NCBI GenBank assembly: GCA_041082215.1
Contig: JBDOIF010000006.1
Span: forward strand, 1 to 64,000
DNA from: Anaerolineae bacterium
Lineage (GTDB): Bacteria; Chloroflexota; Anaerolineae; B4-G1; DUEL01
DNA: 64,000 nt
Direction: 5' to 3'
Shown here: in pieces, positions 58,483 to 64,000 of the stretch
Position numbering within the stretch: the first letter of the stretch is position 1
Layout of the letters: each line of letters begins with the position of its first letter
The notes under the pieces: generated by a model
Databases searched by the model: none
Told to the model about the DNA's origin: nothing
The model's input: the letters and a program-made list of their open reading frames with translations, nothing else
Made by a program: the position numbers and the translations under genes

Positions 58483-59460
58483 CTACAGGATTTTCCCCAG
58501 CCCCTTCTCCCTCGCCCGCCGGTAGACCTCTGGCAGGATGGCGGCGTACTCCCCCCAGATGCCCAGGGCGATGTAGACGATGACCTCGTCGGACGATTCG
58601 CGGCCGGGGCGACGGCCCCCGACGATGTCGGGCCACCCGGCGTGGACCCGCTCCGGCCCGAAGCGGCCCGCCTCCACGAGCTGGCGCAGCTCCGGCACCC
58701 GCGGCGCGACGTAGTGCCAGTTGTCCACCACCACCTTGTCGGCTCCGGTGATGACGTCCAGAGCTACCTCCTGGTAGGAGCCCAGCCGGGCGACGAAGGC
58801 CCCGGGCCGCAGCCACGCCCGCTCCACCAGCGGCTGGTTCCCTGTGGTGACCGTGATCACGATGTCCGCCGCCCGCACCGCCCGCTCCCGCTGGGCCAGC
58901 GGGACCGGCTCCACCGGAAGGCCCAGCTCCGGCCCCAGCTCCGCCGCGTAGGCCTCCGCCACCTCCGGGATGATGTCCACCACATAAGCGCGAAGCAGCC
59001 GGAACCGACATGCAAGCGCCCGCAGGTGCATCCGGCCCAGCCCACCCGCGCCGAAGACCGTCACCGTCTCCGCGTCGGGCCGGGCCAGGGCAGCAGCGGT
59101 GACGGCCGTGGAGGCCCCCGTCTTCAGCGCCGTGACCCACCCCGCCTCCATCACACAGACCGGCAGCCCCGTCCTGGCGTCGAAGAGGAGCACCATCGAG
59201 GAAGTGGCCGGGCAGCCGAACCGCTCCGGATTGGCCGGGAAGAAGCTGAAGGTCTTGACAAAGGCCAGCGACTCCCCCTCCATATAGCCGGAGAAGGGCT
59301 TGATGAAGCCGGCCTCCCCCACCTGCATGTAGAACTTGTCGCCCACAACGCGGCCCGCGGCGTCGGCGCGGACTCCCTTTTCGGCCAGGTCCACCGCCTC
59401 GGCCACCGTCAACGTCTGCTGAACGTCCGCTTCGGCCAGATAGAGAATCCCCTCCGACAT
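58483..59460 (-). CDS. Ornithine cyclodeaminase / mu-crystallin family imine reductase
   Basis: LLFDARTGLP, VTALKTGA, FGAGGLG, ADIVITVT, IVGGRRPGRES. Confidence 0.88.
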   Translation of the reverse strand: MSEGILYLAEADVQQTLTVAEAVDLAEKGVRADAAGRVVGDKFYMQVGEAGFIKPFSGYMEGESLAFVKTFSFFPANPERFGCPATSSMVLLFDARTGLPVCVMEAGWVTALKTGASTAVTAAALARPDAETVTVFGAGGLGRMHLRALACRFRLLRAYVVDIIPEVAEAYAAELGPELGLPVEPVPLAQRERAVRAADIVITVTTGNQPLVERAWLRPGAFVARLGSYQEVALDVITGADKVVVDNWHYVAPRVPELRQLVEAGRFGPERVHAGWPDIVGGRRPGRESSDEVIVYIALGIWGEYAAILPEVYRRAREKGLGKIL

Positions 59461-59464
59461 CGGC

Positions 59465-59965
59465 TCAGCCTCCCCTTTCTCCCTCACCCACCGAATCGCC
59501 GCCGGTCTCTCCCCGAATCCCCCAGGAATAGACTTCTTTCACAATATCCAGATAGACAAACGTCTCCGTATCCTGAACCCCCTCCACAGCGTGCAGTCGG
59601 TCGGTGAGAAATTGTAGGAGGTGGGCATTATCACGACAGATGACCTCGACCAGCAGATCGTAGGAGCCTGTGCAGAGGACCAGGTAGATGACCTCGTCGA
59701 AGGAGGCGATCTCCTGGGCGATCTCCCGCAGGTGGCGCTTCCCCGCCTTGACGCCGATGAGGGCCATCACCGGATATCCCATCAGCAGCGGGTTGGCAAC
59801 GGCGACAATCTGGATCACCCCATCTTCGACCAGCCGCTGCACCCGCTGGCGGACCGTTCCGGGGGAGACTCCCAGTTGCTGGGCAATGCGGGCAAAAGGG
59901 GTCCGTCCGTCCTCCTTGAGCGCGCGGATAATCTGGAGGTCTACAGCATTGAGTTTATAGTGCAT
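59465..59965 (-). CDS. Lrp/AsnC family transcriptional regulator
   Basis: DLQIIRALKEDGRTPFARIA..LGVSPGTVRQRV, TGSYDLLVE. Confidence 0.93.
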   Translation of the reverse strand: MHYKLNAVDLQIIRALKEDGRTPFARIAQQLGVSPGTVRQRVQRLVEDGVIQIVAVANPLLMGYPVMALIGVKAGKRHLREIAQEIASFDEVIYLVLCTGSYDLLVEVICRDNAHLLQFLTDRLHAVEGVQDTETFVYLDIVKEVYSWGIRGETGGDSVGEGERGG

Positions 59966-59971
59966 AGCCTG

Positions 59972-60021
59972 ATTATATACCAAATCAGCGCAATTGTCAA
60001 TCAAATTGCGCTGATTTGGTA
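59972..60021 (-). promoter_or_regulatory. Consensus promoter (probably leaderless) overlapped by a perfect 18-bp inverted repeat
   Basis: Minus strand TTGACA-N17-TATAAT ending 7 nt before ATG; arms TACCAAATCAGCGCAATT at 59978-59995 and 60004-60021. Confidence 0.8.
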
Positions 60022-60061
60022 ATTTTAGATGCCTATTTATGCTTTTTCGACGAAGCGATCC

Positions 60062-61333
60062 CTATACCGCAGCCACTGCCTCACGGAAGATGCCGACCGC
60101 CGCCTCGATCTGCTCCGGTGTGACGATGAGGGGCGGGATCCAGCGGACGGTGTTATCCCACGGACCGCAGGTGAGGAGCATCAGATGCCGTTTGAGGCAC
60201 TCCTTCACGACGGCCTTCGCTACATCCGTGGCAGGGGTGCCGCCGGGATGGGTGAATTCGGTGGCGACCATCAGCCCCAGGCCGCGCACGTCGCCGATGA
60301 TGGGGAAGTCGGCCTGGACCGTCCGCAGGTGCTCCATCAGCAGCGCGCCCATCCGGGCCGCGTTCTCCACCAGCCTCTCCTCCCGCATGACGCGGATCGT
60401 CGCCACCGCCGCCGCGCAGGCCACGGCGTTCCCCCCATAGGTCCCGCCGTGGGAGCCGGGGATCCACCGCTCCATCAGCTCCCGCCGCGCCGCGATCCCG
60501 GAAAGGGGCAGCCCGGAGGCGATCCCCTTGGCCATCGTCATCACATCCGGCACCACGCCGAAGTGCTCCACGGCAAACCACCGGCCGGTCCGGCCGAAGC
60601 CGGACTGGACCTCGTCGGCGATGAGCAGGAAACCGTGCTCGTCGCAGATCCGGCGCAGCCCTTTGAGGAACCCCGGCGGCGGGACGACATAGCCGCCCTC
60701 TCCCTGCACCGGCTCCACCAGAATCGCCGCCGTCTCTTCCGGCGCCGTCTGGGTCTTGAGCAGGAACTCCACCTCCCGCAGGCAGAAGGACTCCGTTTCT
60801 TCCGGGGACCAGCCGAACCGGTAGGCGTAGGGGTACGGGGCGACGAAGACCCCCGCCGGGAGCGGCTGGTAGCGGACCCGGTAGATGGTTTTGGAAGTGG
60901 TGAGGGCCATCGTCAGCGCGGTGCGGCCGTGGAAGCTCCCCTGGAAGACGATAATGTTGGGCCGACCGGTGGCGTGGCGGGCCAGCTTGACTGCCCCCTC
61001 GATCGCCTCCGCGCCGCTGTTGGAGAAGAAGAAGCAGTCCAGCCCCTCCGGGACAACGGTCCGCAGCTCTTCCACCAGCTCCAGTAGCGGCAGGTGATAG
61101 ACGATGTTGACCTGGCCGTGCAGCAGACGGCCTGCCTGCTCGCGGATGGCTTCCACCACCTTTGGGTGGCAGTGGCCGGTGTTGGTGACGCCGATCCCGC
61201 AGGTGAAGTCCAGATACCGGGTGCCGTCCCGGTCGTAGACGTAGGCCCCCTCCGCCCGCTCCGCCACGATCGGCGTGTAGCGGGGCCAGACGGGGGAGAT
61301 ATAGGCTTCGGGCGAAACTGATGGCTCTTTCAT
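60062..61333 (-). CDS. 4-aminobutyrate aminotransferase-like class III aminotransferase
   Basis: YLDFTCGIGVTNTGHCHP, NSGAEA, FHGRT, EPVQGEGG, DEVQSGFGRTG, AKGIASG. Confidence 0.9.
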   Translation of the reverse strand: MKEPSVSPEAYISPVWPRYTPIVAERAEGAYVYDRDGTRYLDFTCGIGVTNTGHCHPKVVEAIREQAGRLLHGQVNIVYHLPLLELVEELRTVVPEGLDCFFFSNSGAEAIEGAVKLARHATGRPNIIVFQGSFHGRTALTMALTTSKTIYRVRYQPLPAGVFVAPYPYAYRFGWSPEETESFCLREVEFLLKTQTAPEETAAILVEPVQGEGGYVVPPPGFLKGLRRICDEHGFLLIADEVQSGFGRTGRWFAVEHFGVVPDVMTMAKGIASGLPLSGIAARRELMERWIPGSHGGTYGGNAVACAAAVATIRVMREERLVENAARMGALLMEHLRTVQADFPIIGDVRGLGLMVATEFTHPGGTPATDVAKAVVKECLKRHLMLLTCGPWDNTVRWIPPLIVTPEQIEAAVGIFREAVAAV

Positions 61334-61361
61334 CGGTCCTCCTTCGGGAAGGGAGCGAACG

Positions 61362-63140
61362 CTACCGCTTCACCTCCCGCACCGCATCCTCCACCACATT
61401 CAGCGTCTCGTCAATGTCGGCATCGGAATGGGAATAGGAGAGGAACCACGGCTCGCGGGGATCGGGATCGGGCATGACGCCCCGCCCGATGAGCGCTTCG
61501 GCCAGCCGTTCATAGTACGCATGGTCGCTCCTGGCCCAGTCCCGCTGGCCGGTCAGCCTGTCCACGCCGATGCTGAAGGAGAACATCGCTGGATGGCCGG
61601 TGATGAGGACAGGGATACCGGCGTCCTCGAAGATGCGCTTGATCCCGGCCTGGAGCCTGCGGCCGCGCGTGGCGATGGTCTCCAGTATGGGCTGGCTCTG
61701 CAGCAGGTCCAGCGTAGCGGTGGCGGCGGCCACGCTCAGGGCATTGCCGGCGTAGGTGCCGCCGCAGACCACCCCCACGCCGACGACCTCCATCACCTCG
61801 CGCCGCCCGCCGAAGGCGGCGATGGGGTAGCCGTTGCCCAGCGACTTGGCGTAGGTTGCCAGGTCGGGTATCACCCCATACACCTCCTGCGCCCCGCCCC
61901 GGGCGATGCGGAAGCCAGTCTTGACCTCGTCGAAGATGAGGACGATGCCGTATTCGTTGCACCGGGCCCGGATGAACTCCAGCCAGCCCGGCAGCGGCTC
62001 GATGGAAGCGCAGTTGCCCAGGACCGGCTCGATGAGGATCGCCGCCACGTCGTGCCATGCGCGGCGCAGGGTGGCTTCCAGGACCTCGAAATCGTTGAAG
62101 GGCAGCGTGATGACCAGGTCGTGGACACAGCGGGGGATGCCCGAGGTGGACGGCACCGGGATCGGGCTGCGACGGCTGCCGTAAGCCTGTATATCGGTGT
62201 AGGTGGAGAAGAGCACGTAGTCGCTCATGCCGTGGTACTGGCCTTCGAACTTGATGATCTTCTCCCGACCGGTGTAGGCCCGCGCTACCCGCACAGCATG
62301 GAGGACCGCTTCCGTGCCCGTGTTGGTCAGCCGCACCATCTCCACGCCGGGGCACATGGCGACGATCTTCTCGGCCACGGCGACCTCGAGCGGGCTGGTG
62401 AGGGCGGAGACCACGCCGTTGCGGATCGCCTCGCTCACCCTCGTGTCCACCTCTTCGTAGGCGTGGCCCAGAATCACGGGGCCGAAGCCCAGACGGTAGT
62501 CTATATACCGGTTGCCGTCCACATCCCACAGGTAGGCCCCTTTGGCCCGCTCCACGTAGAGCGTCTTATCCTCGCCCCAGTAACGGAAGTTGGAGTTGAC
62601 GCCGAGCGGGATCACCCTGGCCGCTCGCTGCCACAGCGCCTGACTTTTCGCGATCTTAGCGGTCATCGTTTTTTCCCCCTCCACAGGTGAATGGACGTTT
62701 GATTGAGCAGCTCCGGCGGCGGGTGCTTTGCCATTGCTGAAACTCACCGCGCCAGGATAGCAGTACTTGACGCACTGGGGATCGCCGCCGCACAGGTCAC
62801 AGGCCAGCGCGTACTGGGTGACGGTGTCGAAGTACATCGCACCGTAGGGGCAGGCCGGCACGCAGGCCGGGTCGCCGCCACAGCCGTCGCACTTCTTGGG
62901 GTCAACAAACAGCGGCTGGCGCGGTCCGGGACGGGAGATAGCGTTCTGGGGGCAGGCAACGATGCAGGGGGCGTCGGGGCAGGAAAAGCAGGCCATGACC
63001 TCGCTTTGACCCTCCAGGGGGCGATTCCTGACCCGGATACGCGCCCGGGTGGGAGCAAACTCGCCGAAGTGGTAGGCGGAGCAGACCAATTCGCAGAGGT
63101 GGCAGCCGGTGCACAATTTGTTCCTGAACTTCAGTGGCAT
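61362..63140 (-). CDS. In-frame ORF joining a 4Fe-4S dicluster protein (63140-~62720) to a GSAM-like class III aminotransferase (internal start 62666)
   Basis: CTGCHLCELVC, CFSCPDAPC, CDGC..CVPACP, CDLCGGDPQCVKYC; no stop before MTAKIAK...GVNSNFRYWG; strong RBS before 62666. Confidence 0.8.
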   Translation of the reverse strand: MPLKFRNKLCTGCHLCELVCSAYHFGEFAPTRARIRVRNRPLEGQSEVMACFSCPDAPCIVACPQNAISRPGPRQPLFVDPKKCDGCGGDPACVPACPYGAMYFDTVTQYALACDLCGGDPQCVKYCYPGAVSFSNGKAPAAGAAQSNVHSPVEGEKTMTAKIAKSQALWQRAARVIPLGVNSNFRYWGEDKTLYVERAKGAYLWDVDGNRYIDYRLGFGPVILGHAYEEVDTRVSEAIRNGVVSALTSPLEVAVAEKIVAMCPGVEMVRLTNTGTEAVLHAVRVARAYTGREKIIKFEGQYHGMSDYVLFSTYTDIQAYGSRRSPIPVPSTSGIPRCVHDLVITLPFNDFEVLEATLRRAWHDVAAILIEPVLGNCASIEPLPGWLEFIRARCNEYGIVLIFDEVKTGFRIARGGAQEVYGVIPDLATYAKSLGNGYPIAAFGGRREVMEVVGVGVVCGGTYAGNALSVAAATATLDLLQSQPILETIATRGRRLQAGIKRIFEDAGIPVLITGHPAMFSFSIGVDRLTGQRDWARSDHAYYERLAEALIGRGVMPDPDPREPWFLSYSHSDADIDETLNVVEDAVREVKR

Positions 63141-63151
63141 CGTCTTCCTCC

Positions 63152-64000
63152 CTATTTCATCAGATCGGCCAGCCCCAGAGCCGCCAGCTTCTCTTTTGTC
63201 GGAACGCCGTCCTCGGTCCAGCCGCGCAGCCGGTAGTACTCACTCAGCGCAGCGTCGTACTCCTCCCGCGTGAAGTTCTTTCCGGCCGCCGGCCCTTCCG
63301 GGAGCGGACGATCGAAGAGGGCTGGGGGCGGGTAGTCGTCCTTGCGGCGGAAGCCTTCGCGCACGTTGAAAATGCGGCTCAGGTTCCAGATACGCTCGCC
63401 AATGGTGCTCAGCTCCTCCTCCGTATAGGGATAGCCGGTGCCGCCAGCGATCAGCCTGGTGAGGTCCTCCATTCCGATAGCCCAGAAATCGCAGAAAATG
63501 CCGGTCCATTTGACGGCGTTGAAGTTCTGCTGGCGGACGACCAGCTCGGCCTTGCCTTCCAGCGTGAAGGGGTCCATCTTGCCGAAAGCCTCCTCGGCAA
63601 TGGGCCAGGCCCGCATATGGCATCCTCCTCGATCCGAAGTGCAGTAGGCCAGGGCCATGCCGTAGGAGCCGCGCGGGTCGTAGGCCGGGAACTCCAGCCC
63701 TTTGCTCTCCATCACCAGGTGCTCAGCGCCATACTTGCGGGCGATGGCGCGGGCTCCCTGGGCCAGCTCGGCCCCTGCGCCGCGCAGGTAGGCGATGTCC
63801 TCGACTGCTGCCAGATACTCCTCCACGTTGCCAAAGTGGACGCCGAAGTCGTGGATGGACTCCTGGGCCATCAGCATAGCCAGTCCGAGCACGTTGCCCG
63901 TGGAGATGGTATCCAGCCCCAGGTTGTCGCACCGCCGGTTGAAGGCAGCCACCCCGTCCAGGCTCCCCACAGCGCAGTTGGCGCCTCCCAACCCCAGCGT
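63152..64000 (-). CDS. Second aldehyde:ferredoxin oxidoreductase, 5'-truncated by the window
   Basis: CDNLGLDTIS, KGLEFPAYDPR, RGGCH, GERIWNLSRIFNVREG, YYRLRGW. Confidence 0.92.
   Translation of the reverse strand, partial: TLGLGGANCAVGSLDGVAAFNRRCDNLGLDTISTGNVLGLAMLMAQESIHDFGVHFGNVEEYLAAVEDIAYLRGAGAELAQGARAIARKYGAEHLVMESKGLEFPAYDPRGSYGMALAYCTSDRGGCHMRAWPIAEEAFGKMDPFTLEGKAELVVRQQNFNAVKWTGIFCDFWAIGMEDLTRLIAGGTGYPYTEEELSTIGERIWNLSRIFNVREGFRRKDDYPPPALFDRPLPEGPAAGKNFTREEYDAALSEYYRLRGWTEDGVPTKEKLAALGLADLMK

Overview
GC-rich bacterial window, most likely Chloroflexota (Anaerolineae-like); this is inferred from C-terminal [YF]LPLVLR surface-protein motifs, large BTAD/ATPase/TPR regulators and CSLREA proteins. 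Layout: (1) 1-7.8 kb housekeeping genes (ABC ATPase, receiver protein, ppa, RNase D-like, mgtE, prs, GNAT, meaB, B12-binding mutase subunit). (2) 8-21.6 kb block of secreted or surface proteins transcribed away from an AfsR/SARP-type BTAD regulator. (3) 21.6-31.5 kb SRPBCC, URO-D-like protein, cNMP-histidine kinase, lipoprotein, HNH nuclease, dGTPase, a MITE and a MalT-like ATPase/TPR/BTAD regulator. (4) rrf2-cydAB and a 7TM-PAS-GAF kinase. (5) 37.6-50.8 kb acyl-compound operon (fabG-like, 2 acyl-CoA ligases, 2 alpha/beta hydrolases, a FabH variant lacking the His/Asn pair, Liv-type ABC transporter). (6) 50.8-64 kb amine/polyamine-type catabolic cluster (3 class-III aminotransferases, 2 AORs, 2 saccharopine-dehydrogenase-like enzymes, OCD-like protein, MmsA, Lrp). 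Best candidate for an undescribed system: two homologous 63-77 aa 'S[YF]xLR' proteins. Each is the first gene of an operon, is translationally coupled to the next gene, sits behind an identically spaced GTRAC-N6-GTRAC-N10-TA promoter and lies near a large BTAD regulator. The window is also heavily colonised by short repeats (GTAG palindromes, heptamer arrays, MITEs), some inserted in-frame in proteins. No rRNA, tRNA or CRISPR array was seen. All annotation is by eye; no database searches were run.
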